This document shows, in pieces, positions 1 through 12,762 of a stretch of DNA of 64,000 bases. Made by a program: the position numbers and the translations under genes. The first letter of the stretch is position 1. Each line of letters opens with the position of its first letter. Source of the stretch: Octopus vulgaris (lineage: Eukaryota); NCBI GenBank assembly GCA_951406725.2, contig OX597827.1, forward strand, positions 52,762,001 through 52,826,000, written 5' to 3'. A model generated the notes under the pieces. It did not search any database, was not told the DNA's origin, and saw only the letters and a program-made list of their open reading frames with translations.

Positions 1-294
1 GGTCACCAAGTAACTTCTAAGATAAGACCAACTCAATAGGTGTAGTACCGAGACAAGTACAGGTGTCTTACTTTGCTATAGAGGAGATACAAAAGAGAGA
101 GATGATGGTGAAAATGTGTCAGGGCATACCCATATAAGTTATGTCCATTTAATGACAAAAATGGGTAACAAAAACAGACCCTAAAATAAAAATTTTAGGG
201 TCTGTTTCATAAAACATATAACTATGTGGTTATCCTTGCATAGCGGCATGTCCCCTACATCCCTCTTTAGCTGAGTGATCCTAACCTTGCGGGC

Positions 295-480
295 ACTGGT
301 GCCATGTAAAATCACCCAGTACACTCTGTAAAGTTGTTGGTGTTAGGAAGGGAATTCAGACATAGAAATAATGCCAAAACAGATAAGGAGCCCAGGTAGA
401 TCTTCAGCTGGCCAGCTTCTGTCATACTGTTCAACCCATGCTAGTATGGAAAACAAACGTTAAATAATGATGACGATGAT
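295..480 (+). mobile_element. RTE 3'-UTR repeat (family C)
   Basis: GTTGG.GTTAGGAAGGG...AACCCATGCTAG.ATGGAAAAC...(GAT)n. Confidence 0.78.
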
Positions 481-2602
481 ATTAAAATTGACTGGAGCTC
501 AGGAGGAGAAATTTCTGAGGATATGTAAAATAAACCCCAGGATTTATTCCCATAACATTAAGGAAACAGATCAAATAAATTAACTACATAGTAAGGTTCA
601 CCTTATTTCTTTATTTTAGGAATTGGAAAAGTAGAGTGGTTTAAGAGGAAATTTTTGTTGCTAAATCAGGTTTTGGCATTTAGTTGTCACTAAAGCCCTT
701 GAAGAAAAAAGAACATTTCCACTTCCCACTTTTGACAGTTTTGGAATAAGCACTCTACTGTTACTTATTTACAGTGGTGATAATTAGGCAAAAGTTATCA
801 AATTTCAATTCCTTTCTTTATTTTCGGTTCCTCACACCAATATTATTTTCTAAAATTGTTTTAAGCACAGGAAATTACAATTCTAAGAGAAACAAAAGAA
901 AGAAAAAAAACTATGTCCCTATTTATTACTACTTTTTGAATCATCGTTGTTTAACCCAAGGTCAATATATGAGGCACAGGGGAGGAGCACGAAATTCCCT
1001 CTGGCCTATTATGTCTGTTACTTAAGGTTAACGCGCCTAAAGTGTCTTTATTCCCGGGACCGAGAACTACTGGTCAACATTGACTGAACAGGTCTATGAT
1101 CAAAAGCATTCCAACCATGACCACCCCATTTTTTTCTTGAGTATTGTGTATCTCTAAGGTCACATTGTCATTAGAATGTAAATAAAGGGAAATTTGGTGA
1201 CTACCAGACCCAGCGATCACTAACGGGACTCCTCAAAAAAATTTTAATAATGAGATAAAATATGTGACAAGCGCAACCCTTGCTTCCATCAACAAGCTTC
1301 GATCGTTAATACCCATAGAAAATATTACTTCTGTACCATATAATACTGTTACACATTTTTTTCCCCTACACAATGCTTCTACAGGTTTCAAGAAACAAAA
1401 TTCTAAACGGTTAAGATTCTCTACCAGTAATCTACACGTGGTTATGTAAACAATAAAATATAAACGATGGTTTAGATAACAAAGAACTGAATGGGATGTT
1501 TTGCGTGATTCAAAGTTCGATCCCTATTCAAATCTGAATAAGACCAACAACCGGGCGCACGCACGTAAAGCACACACAAACACCTTAAATTCTTTCTTTT
1601 AGCATGTGTTTACCGAATTATCAAGCTGCAAAATACAGTGAGAAAAGAAACAAGTGGCCTATATAAACCGCACAGATATAATTAATGGCTTGCAGTTGTT
1701 TAGTCCCAGGCCAATTCTGTTTAAGCAGACCTAATCGAAGACATTACAACGTTGGCCATCCTGTCTCATTGTCCGACGAGTCCTCCCTTGAGGTTGTAAT
1801 TTTATGGAATATTGCTGTCAAATGTAGTAGGTCCGGCGTGTAATTGTATCGTGGTGCTGCGTATCCATGACGTGCTGCCAGAGTAGAATTTTCAGTCAAT
1901 ACCTTTTAATTCGATACTGAACGAAAATAATCGGGAGCTTTTATTCTAGGCATTGATTCGTAAACTTTTGTCAGCTGTATTGTATGGCAAGTTACTCCAT
2001 GGAATAATACATGTGTAGCTGCATTATGTGCATGTGTGCATCTAGATATGGATATGTAATTTCGTGTTTAGATACATATATGTGGAGGCATCACTAAAGC
2101 AAGGGTGCTTTCATATACATCGAAACAATCCCATATGATCATGAAAGAGATTGCAAGAAATCAATACTAATAAAATAACTAAATGCAAGTCAACAGACGT
2201 GAAAGAAATCCTTTATAATGGGTTTCCTCAAAGAAAATCCTCTCTATAAATCATATTCCCCGTAATTATTTTTCAATTAATTCATCTTTTTCAGTCTTTT
2301 CATCTATTTTTCATAGAATGTACATTTTTTCCATCGAAAGATCTAAATAATTTTCATAGATTTAAAATAAAAATTAAAACATAAACTATAATGGCATTTT
2401 AGAAGTTAATTGTAGAATGAAAATATCTTTAAAAACTTTCACGAACTTGTCAAATTAGCTTCCACATTGAAACAAACAAATACATGTATATAATATATAA
2501 AATGTATATGTGGGGGTATATTTGTAGTTAGGATGAAATAGGCAAACTATAACTAAACAACATGAGATTATCAGTGAAAAGTCAAAACTGTTTTACACTC
2601 AC

Positions 2603-3130
2603 GGGAAACTTGTCAAAAATGAAAGCGTAAATATACAAAATTAATTAATTGTAATGATGATGATTAAATAATTGTCGCTTTGTGGTCCTCGACTACTATT
2701 CCTGCCATCCACACAGCAAACAGGGCTCCTATTGATTATCCATCAGTGATGTTGTTGCTGTTGTTGTTGGCATAGCGAATATAAGGTTTATAGTGTGAGT
2801 GTGTGTGGTCAATTATTGATAGTTTATTGAGAGAGAGAGAGAGAGGGCGATAGTAATGAAAGGCGGCTGGGAGCACGTGAGAAAGAGGAAAAGAAGCAGA
2901 ACACAGATACAAGGAGTGAGAGCAGAAAGAGAAAGGGCAATAAATAAGAAAGAGGAGGAGGGTAGGAAGAAAGAGAGTGTTTAGCGCGAAGCGACCACTG
3001 AATATTGGCGTAGCAACTGTTGCTATGACTCACAAATGTTACTCTGTACCCATAGTGATGTTATATAATCTCTATCTCGCCTTTCCCATCCGCAGGCTTG
3101 CCATACGTCCCTGCTGTCTGTCTGTCTCCA

Positions 3131-3178
<48 letters not shown>

Positions 3179-3600
3179 GCACAAACAATAGCATTTATAT
3201 AAACAGACATAGATGAGTCATTTACAGGGAAATGAAACGCGGGTACTATTTTGTTTCTTATTCAACCACTAACCCATCAGCGTTTTCTATCACTGTGAAC
3301 CTCATCATTTCGAAATGACCTGAGGCTAAGTAAGACATCCCACGAAAGCTCTCTCGCTTTCTCCTTCGTAATATCTCTTTCCCGCACACATAAAATAATT
3401 TTTATGAGGCGAAAAGAAACGAGAAGTTGTGACGATCATACCTTCTGTGAAGACATTAGCAATCGGAATTAAAATATGATGCCGGTTCAAATTTGTTTTT
3501 ATAAGTATTTTTGTGCCGAAGTCTGGGATTGAGCTTAGTGAGAACTTGGCGCTCAGTGAATTAATAATGATTTCTAAAATAGAGCACAAGACCCAATTTA
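2603..3600 (-). promoter_or_regulatory. Candidate alternative promoter and non-coding first exon
   Basis: CpG-retaining unique sequence with GA/CT tracts; minus-strand donor CCC|gtgagt at 2603/2602. Confidence 0.4.
3135..3178. repeat. (TC)n(CA)n microsatellite
   Basis: Direct observation. Confidence 0.95.
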
Positions 3601-4505
3601 TAACTATTTATTTATTTATTTCACCATTAACTCGACCGGTGCTTATTTTATTTTATAAAAGTATGAAAGGCAAAGTTGAGCTGTAAAGAATTTGAAATCA
3701 TTAAGCAATAAAATACTGCAAAACACTTTGTCCAGCATTTTAATAGGTTATAATAAATCTTCGGCCAATTACGATTTATAGAAGGTGACTATATCATGGT
3801 TGTCATCAGTCAAGTTTGACCTTGCATCTGCACATGTCTGCACAGGCCTGGACAAGATACTTTGAGGAAATACATGTAAGTCTCCCCCCTCCATGCCATT
3901 GATTTTTATTCAAGGGAAGCCTACTGATTTGGGCCAATATGGCTTGGCACCTGTCTTGTAGGCATTATTATCAGAAAGCAAAGAACCAGAATATATATTA
4001 ATAATTCCTGAATTGATAACAATTTTATCAAATCCTTAAAGAATGAAAGGCAAAGTGACCTTGGAGGGATTTGAGCTCAGACAGCAGTGAGTAAGAACAA
4101 ATACTGCAAGGTATTTTATCCAATAGTTGAGCAGCTCTAACAGCTCAAGTTAATAAGGGCAGGTCTTTGCACAGTTGCTGAATTAGCTAGAAATAGCTGC
4201 CAATTATCTTTCAAATAATATTTTACTATCTTAAATTAGGAATGGACATATTGAGCAATATACCCAATATATACAGAAAAACAAAGTGATATATTACATC
4301 ACCTGTGAGAAAACTGCCCAAAGGGTGGTGTTTCTCCTAGTATACATGTGTTTGTTGTATATGCACATATGGGGATAGAAATAACTGAGATGGTAAATGA
4401 GCATGCTGTAGGGTGATTCTGAGAAGGATGGCCCCAAAGTTCTTGTCAGAACATCAAGGTGGGAGAGGCAGAGATAAGGTTCTTTAGCTATGTGGGAGGG
4501 AAACT

Positions 4506-4728
4506 CTGGCAGAAACGTTAGCATGCCAGGCGAAATGCGTAGCTGTATTTCGTCTGTCATTATGTTCCGAGTTCAAATTCCGCCGAGGTCCACTTTGCCT
4601 TTCATCCTTTCAGGGTCGATAAATTAAGTACCAGTTACACACTGGAGTTGATGTAATCGACTTAATCCCTTTGTCTGTCCTTGTTTGTCCCCTCTGTCTT
4701 TAGCCCCTTGTGGGTAGTAAAGAAATAT
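4506..4728 (+). mobile_element. SINE family A (tRNA-derived)
   Basis: TGGCAGAAACGTTAG A-box-like, GAGTTCAAATTCC B-box-like, core GCCTTTCATCCTTTCRGGGTCGATAAA..AGTACCAG; more than 15 copies in the window. Confidence 0.85.
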
Positions 4729-5033
4729 ATTTTCACTGTCCAATTGCCTTGTGGGTGAGTTCATGAAGACAAAGACAGAGAAAAAGTAGGTTGTGGCAGT
4801 CAGCTTTAAGTTATTTTGCAACAGACAGGATTTCGAGCAGCCTCCTGCAAATGAGAATAGGTAACAGTCGTTCTGAGTCACCCTTCCCACTAGATCTATC
4901 TCCTCGACAGCAAAGATAGTGATAACTGGGATGAGTGCACACCCATATAATACCATAAAGATTCATTACACTTGTGTTTTGTCCTGCAACTTGCATCCAG
5001 GACCTTGGATCTGAGTGAAACCAGTAAAAGAGT

Positions 5034-5555
5034 TGTAAAGGGAACTGGTTGCTTCTTTACACTTTTGTGATGCAACTTGGGTGCAACACAATTTCCTTTC
5101 TTTTTGTTTCTAGAAACAACCAGTCAGGAACGAAACGCAAGTTTAAAAATATATACAATTCTTTATTCTCAGTTTCAACAATGAAACACAATGGTATACT
5201 GATATCCACCTAGTTCATTACAGCAAGGCTGAATTCTAACGTTTGTAAGCTTCTTACAACAATTCAGCATTAATAGAACAGGTTAAATCCTAAGCATCTG
5301 GGACAAGAGAATAGGCTGATCACACATTTGAAAATACGTCCTTTCTCTTCTATCGCCGTGTCTCAATTCCCCGATGCTATTAAGGAACACTATAGAATTT
5401 CTTCTTCAGTCTCTAGCGCATGTGCATGAGGGAACTTCCTTATGCCTTTCCAGAAGGTTCCAACCCCGCACACACACACTGAAGAAGGACGCTCCGCACA
5501 CGCACACTGAAGAATGACGTTGCGTGTGCGCACACTGGAACATGACGTCACTACA
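5034..5555 (-). mobile_element. Solo LTR, probably Ty3/Gypsy type
   Basis: TGTA...TACA termini, 4-bp TSD GAGT (5030-5033 and 5556-5559), AATAAA on the minus strand at 5162-5167, CpG-rich internal short repeats. Confidence 0.7.
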
Positions 5556-5710
5556 GAGTGATAACTTGAAGGACAAATAAAAATGTAGTGGATATAGTTT
5601 TGAGTTCAAACTATGTGAGTTCCACCTAATTTTTGTATTCTTTAAATGGATTTAAAGAATTCTCATTATTTAAAAAATTCATTTCATAACAAAATAAGCA
5701 GTAACATATT

Positions 5711-5927
5711 GATTTCAAATTTTGGCACAAGGCCAACAATTTCAAGGGAGGGGGTAAGTTGATTATATTGATCCCAATGCTCAACCGGTACTTATTTTAT
5801 TAACCCTGAAAGGATGAAAGGCAAGGTCAACCCCAACAGAATTTGAACTCAGAACGTAAAGACGGACAAAATGCCACTAAGCATTTTGCCCAGCATGCTA
5901 ACATTTCTGCCAGCTCATTGCCTTAAC
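5711..5927 (-). mobile_element. SINE family A
   Basis: Family match; 15-bp TSD AAGCAGTRACATATT. Confidence 0.88.
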
Positions 5928-5982
5928 AAGCAGTGACATATTAAAGCCAATTCAACTGACAATAATGATTTTTTCCTTTAAT

Positions 5983-6158
5983 CCCTTTTGTTATATATCT
6001 GTTGAAATATACTTCCATTTCAGTTTTTAAAGCAATGAAGAATTTATCATCATTAAACTGATGTTTGAAACACAAATTAATGTGAAATTTTGATGGATGG
6101 TTTTAATTTTGATCATTGTATGACAAGGGATGGTTTCAGGTGGGCCAGTATGAAAAAG
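5983..6158. mobile_element. Diverged copy of the piggyBac-type MITE
   Basis: CCCTTTTGTTA start and shared internal motifs with 10655-10873. Confidence 0.6.
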
Positions 6159-6245
6159 TCAAGTGTCCTACAAGTTCTAAATCAGAGAAATAACTTATTT
6201 TATGGTTTTATTCTTGTATGGACTAAGCGTGCTTGTTTCTTAAAC

Positions 6246-6486
6246 CATCATCATCATCATCATTTAACGTCCGCTTTCCATGCTAGCATGGGTTGGACGA
6301 TTTGACTGAGGTCTGGCGAACCAGACTCCAGTCTGATCTGGCAGTGTTTCTACAGCTGGATGCCCTTCCTAACGCCAACCACTCCGAGAGTGTAGTGGGT
6401 GCTTTTACGTGCCACCGGCACGAGGGCCAGTTTGGTGGTACTGGTAACGGCCATGCCCAAATGGTGCTTTTTACATGCCACCTGCA
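6246..6486 (-). mobile_element. RTE 3'-UTR repeat (family C)
   Basis: Family match. Confidence 0.85.
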
Positions 6487-7753
6487 AACTGAATAACTTC
6501 AGAGAGTATCTTTGATACTTGCACTGCTCTAGGACACCATAAAAATCTGTTGAGATACCTTTAGAAATACAAGTGGCTTGTCTCTTGAGAGGGAAAGAAA
6601 GAGTATGTGTGTGAGTGAGTGAGAGAGAGAGAGAGAGAGAGGGGGGAGATTATAGGATTGCAGAGGCAGAGAGAAAGTAAATAGTACATGTGAAGGAAAA
6701 AAATGTCAAAGAATTAATTTAATCAAAGAACTGATTTATTATATTTTGAATTCCATCTAAAGAGATTTAGAAGTTAAGCAATATATCTACACTGCAACAC
6801 TGTCATCATCACTCTCATTCTCTCTCTCTCTCTCTCCACACATGCACATACAAAGTTTAAAAAAGGAATTTGTATTCCATATATTTCTTCAGTTATAAAG
6901 GACAATTTGTTTTTGATAACAGAAATATTTATCAATACGTGATCAATTCTATTGGCCAAAGGAATTGGTGTCAACAAATAGATGAGACAATGGAAAGCTC
7001 TGACACAGTTATTTGACAAGCAAAAATAAAAGCCAAACCTCCTTCACACTGCACCCTGTCATAGGTCAGTTAACAAAGGTTGATCAGGGAGAAGAAAGGT
7101 GTGCTCACAATAACAACTAGATGACAGACAGAGAATTAGGTGTTTTTCTCAAGATTTGCAAATACCTGCAGCAGATTTGAACTCCAAACCCTAAAACTAG
7201 TGGTCCATTTATCTTATGTATTTGGGTATTTCAACTGCTACACACACACACACACTTACATTATCTTTATCAAAAACAGAAATTTCTAATCAAAACTACC
7301 CAGTGAGTACTGTAAAATGAGTGAGTCTGCATCTTAAATATGTCCACAAATAGTCCACTGTCTATCTAGTCTAACAACTAAGAAAGTACAAATATAATCT
7401 AGCTTAATTAACTTGAAACGTAGATGCCACTCCAACGATATGGTTGAGGTGGTTGGCACAAGGAAAAGTATCTAAGCTATTTGGTTATAATTTTGTTATA
7501 TGAAACCTTCACACACATTCTTACAATGAACTTATGCTAGTATGAACAAATTAGCAACACTAAATAAATTGATACATAAATCAGTAACTATCTAGATTTA
7601 AGATTAACCTATTTATTCTTTTTAAGGGTCAAAACTCAGAAATGAAAGTACTCTGGAACATAACCAACTATCTCATGCACTAAAGACAGAACTTAACCCT
7701 TTACATACAATATGGAGGTTATTGCTGTGTACTTTGCAGAATACATTTCACGT

Positions 7754-7939
7754 TGCCTGGTGGCACGTAAAAAGCACCCACTACACTCGCGGAGTGGTTG
7801 GCGTTAGGAAGGGCATCCAGCTGTAGAAACACTGCCAGACCAGACTGGAGCCTGGTGCAGCCCCTGGCTTCCCAGACCCCGGTCGAACCGTCCAACCCGT
7901 GCTAGCGCGGAAAACGAACGTTAAACGATGATGATGATG
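7754..7939 (+). mobile_element. RTE 3'-UTR repeat (family C), young copy
   Basis: CpG-rich family match with (GAT)n tail. Confidence 0.88.
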
Positions 7940-8165
7940 TTTCTTTCAGGTATTCTATATTCATGTTTTCAGCAGAATTCTGGAGTAAGTGTTAATGATT
8001 CTGCCAGCTCACCACCCTTAATAATAATAATTGGTATAAAAGATGTGCTACAGCAAATATTCTGCTCAATACTAATGATTTGCTTGTCAGTTGCCTTAAC
8101 CAGTTGGGCACGTCCCTTAGTGGCTGACAATATGTGCATCTCTGATCATGAGCAGGAGTAGTCTG

Positions 8166-8643
8166 GGCCATCAGGCATTTGCCATATCCTGAACGCCTTA
8201 CTTCCCTGGGCATGGACACATTGAAACTCCGACATCTGGCAGCTGACTTGGCAGACACCCATAAAATTATCAACCATCGCACAAACAATAACTCTGAGCA
8301 CCTCTTCAAACTCCACCCACCTAACACCCATGGACATATTTACAAAGTAAGAAAACAGCACAGCTCCCATGACTTCAGGAAACATTTTTTCACGCTGAGA
8401 GTTGCTGAAGCGTGGAACAAACTGCCGGCATCGGTTGTTAGTTGTCGGAGCACTGCATCCTTCAAAACTTCCATGCTTCCTGAGATTCGCCAACACTACA
8501 CTTGATTTTCTCCCCTCCATACACACACAAGCATGTTCACTTTCCAGACATTTCTACATTGCTGCATGTACTTTATATGCACTTTCTGACAAGTTGTGGT
8601 GCACCTGAGCACTGTATACAATAATTTCATTATTATATATTAT
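8166..8643 (+). mobile_element. CR1/L2-group LINE 3' fragment
   Basis: ORF 8179..8505 reads PYPERLTSLGMDTLKLRHLAADL...HGHIYKVRK...FRKHFFTLRVAEAWNKLPASVV...FK, the typical CR1-group ORF2 C-terminus; 3' UTR ends in TTA-rich tail. Confidence 0.9.
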
Positions 8644-8644
8644 A

Positions 8645-8987
8645 GCACCATGGCCATGTGTTGAGAGGAATTCTTTGGGGTTTGAAAAATTCACCTCTGG
8701 AAATATGGGTGTTTCATTCATCATCCTTATTCAAACCTTATTCAGGGACCTTTTGAGTGGGACGGGCTACTCACCCTGAAGAAAGTTCTAACTGGACCCC
8801 AGTTGCAAGGTCATGTGCTGTTTATCTTGATATGAGATCACCATGTTGCACATATGATTGTGATTCGTGTGTCTGGTGTACTCATATCAGATGGATAGTC
8901 AAAATGGGTGTATTGGACATCGTATATTTGTACACCAGTGTCACTTTGATGGCATGCATTGCTCTCTCACTCAATAATAATAATAAT
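8645..8987 (+). mobile_element. 3' end of another non-LTR retroelement
   Basis: Ends ...ctctctcactc(aat)n, a LINE-type tail; family not identified. Confidence 0.45.
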
Positions 8988-9076
8988 ATTTGTAAAATTG
9001 TCACAAATTCAACCACTACAAGATTTTGAACTCATAAAATCATTAAGAGCCAACTTTTCTTTTCATTCTTCTAAAG

Positions 9077-9314
9077 CAGTGATTTTTAACTAAGGTTCAT
9101 ATGGTCGTTGGGTGTCCAAATAAGATTTTGCTGTTAAAATCTATGTGCAATGAACTGGTTATACTTCTATAATACACAAAATATCTTAACAATTTTTAAA
9201 TATAATTTCTGATAATTTTTAATTATAAAAATATAATAGAAGTTTTTAGATCATTGACTACTTAGAAGGGTCCACCAAAGTAAAATAGGCATCATAAATG
9301 GTTGAGAACCACTG
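9077..9314. mobile_element. hAT (Charlie-like) MITE
   Basis: TIRs CAGTGATTTTTAAC / GTTGAGAACCACTG; perfect 8-bp TSD TTCTAAAG (9069-9076, 9315-9322). Confidence 0.85.
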
Positions 9315-10654
9315 TTCTAAAGTCTATAAAATATTACTGGAGAAGAAAGAAAGAATGAGTGTAGGTGTGTGTATGTGTAAATATAGAGGTGTGTGTGTGC
9401 ATGCGAACGCATGCGTGTGTGTGGATGTGTGTATTTGTGAATGTGCATGCGTACATGCATGTATGCTCATGTGTGTGTATGTGTGAACTATGTAACTATT
9501 TCAGAGAAAGGGATTTGATTAAATTTAAATTTTTGAATTGGTGATGGTCTAGATATTATGGATGGTAGCAGCATTTTGACATTTGTTCAAGATAATCCAG
9601 ACAATAAACAGAGGATTGGAGAAAAAAGCTTGAATTTTGACATGAGAAGATAAGAGAAAGAGAAGACATACTGTTAAGAGAGCAGCAACATGATTAGACG
9701 ATGTAGGAGGAGGAGAATGAAAGAGAAGGAAGAGGAGATAAATGGCAATAGATGAAAATGATAAATGGCAATAGATGAAATAAAGCTTATGGAGAGAAGG
9801 ATGTGTGAAAATAAGTCCTTGGGGAGGGGGGTAGAAAAAGAGATGAGTGGAGATAAGTTGGGAGGGGGGTAAAGATAAGAAATAAGGCAGCTGGAACAAG
9901 GGTATAGAATTTGATTGTTGAGGTAGTGAAGACACTAGAATGAGATAAAATGTTGGAAACATTGGTGCAAAGTCAGAGCGAGTTGTTTGGCTTCTTTAAC
10001 AGGAGACAAACTCTCCCCACTCTCTCTCTCTTTCACACACACACACACACACACACGCAAATGAATTTCTTTGCAGTCACACATCCTGCTAAAAATATCT
10101 GCCAAGTCTCCCTTAAATCACATCCTACCCAGACTACATTACCCAAGGACACATTGAGTGATGTCGACTGAGAAACATTATCATTAATTAATTATTTTCA
10201 AAAAAAAAAAAAAAAATTGATAAATTCAATTTGATAGACTTCTTGATCTCTGTCGAATTTATACAACTGTCTTCTCCATTTCCATTCATCAAAATCAAAA
10301 GTTTAGAATTATTTTTATCATATATTATCATAATTTGTAATAATTTTTAAAATTATATATTTATTATTCATTTATGAATATATAACATTCCATACATTTC
10401 TATTATCTATACCTGTGGACATATATTATCATACATGTCCATGCTTTGTGTGTTGTTGCATTGTATTGTTAAGCTTGTGTCTTTGTTGCCCTCCATCTAA
10501 AATCCACCACCACCAGATAATTCTTCTTTATTATGACTATAGTCTTTAAATCTCCAAATATAATGATTCAGAATAATATAAATTAGTGCAACAAAACTTA
10601 AAAGTCACTAAATAGTCAAGATCTTGAAAGGTTTTAAGGTAGAAGAATTGTTAA

Positions 10655-10873
10655 TACTTTTGTTACCATATTTCTAATGAAATGCACTTCCATTGTTTAA
10701 ATTAATTTTTAAAATTATGAAGAATTTAGTAAAATACTATCGTCATTAAGCTGGTGTTTGGAACATAAATTAATATGAAATTTTGATGGATGGTTTCGAT
10801 TTAGGTCTCTTTAAAACAAGAAGTTTGTAACATAGAACCAGAGGTTGTGTCAAGCAGGCTGGTATCAAAAGGG
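10655..10873. mobile_element. Diverged copy of the piggyBac-type MITE
   Basis: Internal similarity to 28257-28477 (aagaatttagtaaaata...ggaacataaatt); degenerate ends. Confidence 0.7.
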
Positions 10874-10964
10874 CTAAATTGGGATATTTACCTCTTCCAA
10901 GAAAACGTTTGTCATAAACTGAAGTATTGAGATTGATGTCAGAATGAACAAAGAATGCATTTTA

Positions 10965-11312
10965 TCTCTCTATATATAAATGGCAAAATGTCTGTGTGTG
11001 TGTCCTTTATACAATTCCACAATTTTTCAGTTAGAGGGCTTGCACTTTTTATGGTCATTCAAAACCATCCAAGGGTGGTCGTACACATCTTTACATTTCC
11101 TCAGTTACCCCGCAAAGCCATTAAAAATTCAATAGAAGTGACTATTTTGTGAATTTTCTATCCAAGACTCAATCAAAATGCCTGAAACTTGATACGCCAA
11201 TTGAATGCCAGCTAGCTGTATGTGATTGGTCGGAGATTTGGACAGTACTCGTGTGTATGTGTGTATGCATACACTAGCACTATGACCCGGTGTTGCCGGG
11301 CCATAGTGCTAG
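10965..11312 (+). mobile_element. Non-autonomous Helitron-like element
   Basis: A|TC...TATATATAAA 5' end; 3' GC-rich hairpin ending CTAG|T; no TSD. Confidence 0.75.
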
Positions 11313-11734
11313 TATTTAAATAAAGCATAGTAAGAGGACAGGAATTAAAAGTGAGCACTTGGTGTAAGCAGCACAACAAAGTATCAACCAGGTGGTCACT
11401 TTAGGGTTTCCTTTCTATGTCCTTTAGAATCTACAAACACACTGAGTTTACATAAACATCTATCAGGGACAAACTTGAAGACAAAATATTCCAAATGAGT
11501 GTAAAAAATATGCAGACGAAAGACCAAACCTTTATCAACTTCAAGTATTTCGAGCGTAGTGAGAGAGGTCTAGCTCTCCAGTAGATCACAGCAACAAAAG
11601 TTAGATGACCATTTTGCATTTCTAGATGAAATCCACTTCATATAGGTTTGTTGTTCATATTTTTAGGAAAGACAGAACTTTAAAATTTTGTATTTCTATA
11701 CAAATAAGGTGTGATAATTCTGATATCTTTAATC

Positions 11735-12098
11735 TTTCACTCGTTTTAGTCATCAGACTGCAGCCATGCAGTCTAATGACTGAAGAATATTTTAGCTGAA
11801 TGAATCAACCCCAGTACTTATTTTTTTGTTAAGCCTAGTACTTATTCTATCAGCTTCTTTTGCTGAACTGCTTAGTTATGGGGATGTAAACACACCAACA
11901 TTGGTTGTCAAGCAGTGGTTGGTGACAAACACACACATATATGACAGGCTTCTTTCAGTTTCTGTCTACCAAAACTTCTCACAAGGCTTTGGTTGGCCCA
12001 AGGCTATAGTAGAAGACACTTGCCTAAGGTGCCACACAGTGGGACTGAACCCAGAACCATGTGGTTGGGAAGCTTCTTACCACACAGCCATGCCTGCA
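11735..12098 (-). mobile_element. SINE family B
   Basis: Reverse-complement match to 17121-17510. Confidence 0.88.
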
Positions 12099-12762
12099 CT
12101 TTTTGCAAGAAATTTTCATTATCATTCTTGTTATTACTCTGATATATTTTGTTTCTTTTTTTTAATGAGTGTGTGCGTGTCACATCACATTAAGTAATTT
12201 CTTGAAGTTGCAATCTAACAGCCAACTTGAAATTGTTCTTTTTCTTGAGCCTTATTAACTTGTGGTGCTTCACTATAACAAAAGTTGATTTAAGATAAAA
12301 TAAAAGCCTACAGGTGTAAGAAATATTGTTTAAAAATGGGATGAAAGTATAAATGAATATAAAAAGTACATGGTGACTTCAAAAAAGTAGTTTTATGAAT
12401 GAATAAACACAAATGAAATAGAATGAAAATTAAAAGAAAAAAGCATAAGCTAAAGTAACAATAAAATTAGCTTTTCGTTAATAGAAGAGATTATTTCTGT
12501 AGCAGTTAATTGTTTTTTTTTTTTTGCTATGGGCAACTACCTAACTAACAATATAAAATCTGTGCCTATCTATTTATCCATCCATCCCCATCGCTTCTAT
12601 GAAAAGGAAAACACAGTGTTGAACAAAAGAACAACTTAATAAATGCTTCAGGCATATTTTACTGCTTTTGTTAAACTGACTTTTAAGTACAAAAACAAAC
12701 ACGTGGCCTCATGCTCAAGTAAGAAGAAATTATTATTACTGTTGTCAACGTTGTTGTTAAAA

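Noticed and set aside
11396-11640. Minus-strand unique segment with an open frame of about 57 codons after an in-frame TAG
   Set aside because: No good acceptor or start and no recognisable homology; editing-based read-through would be pure speculation
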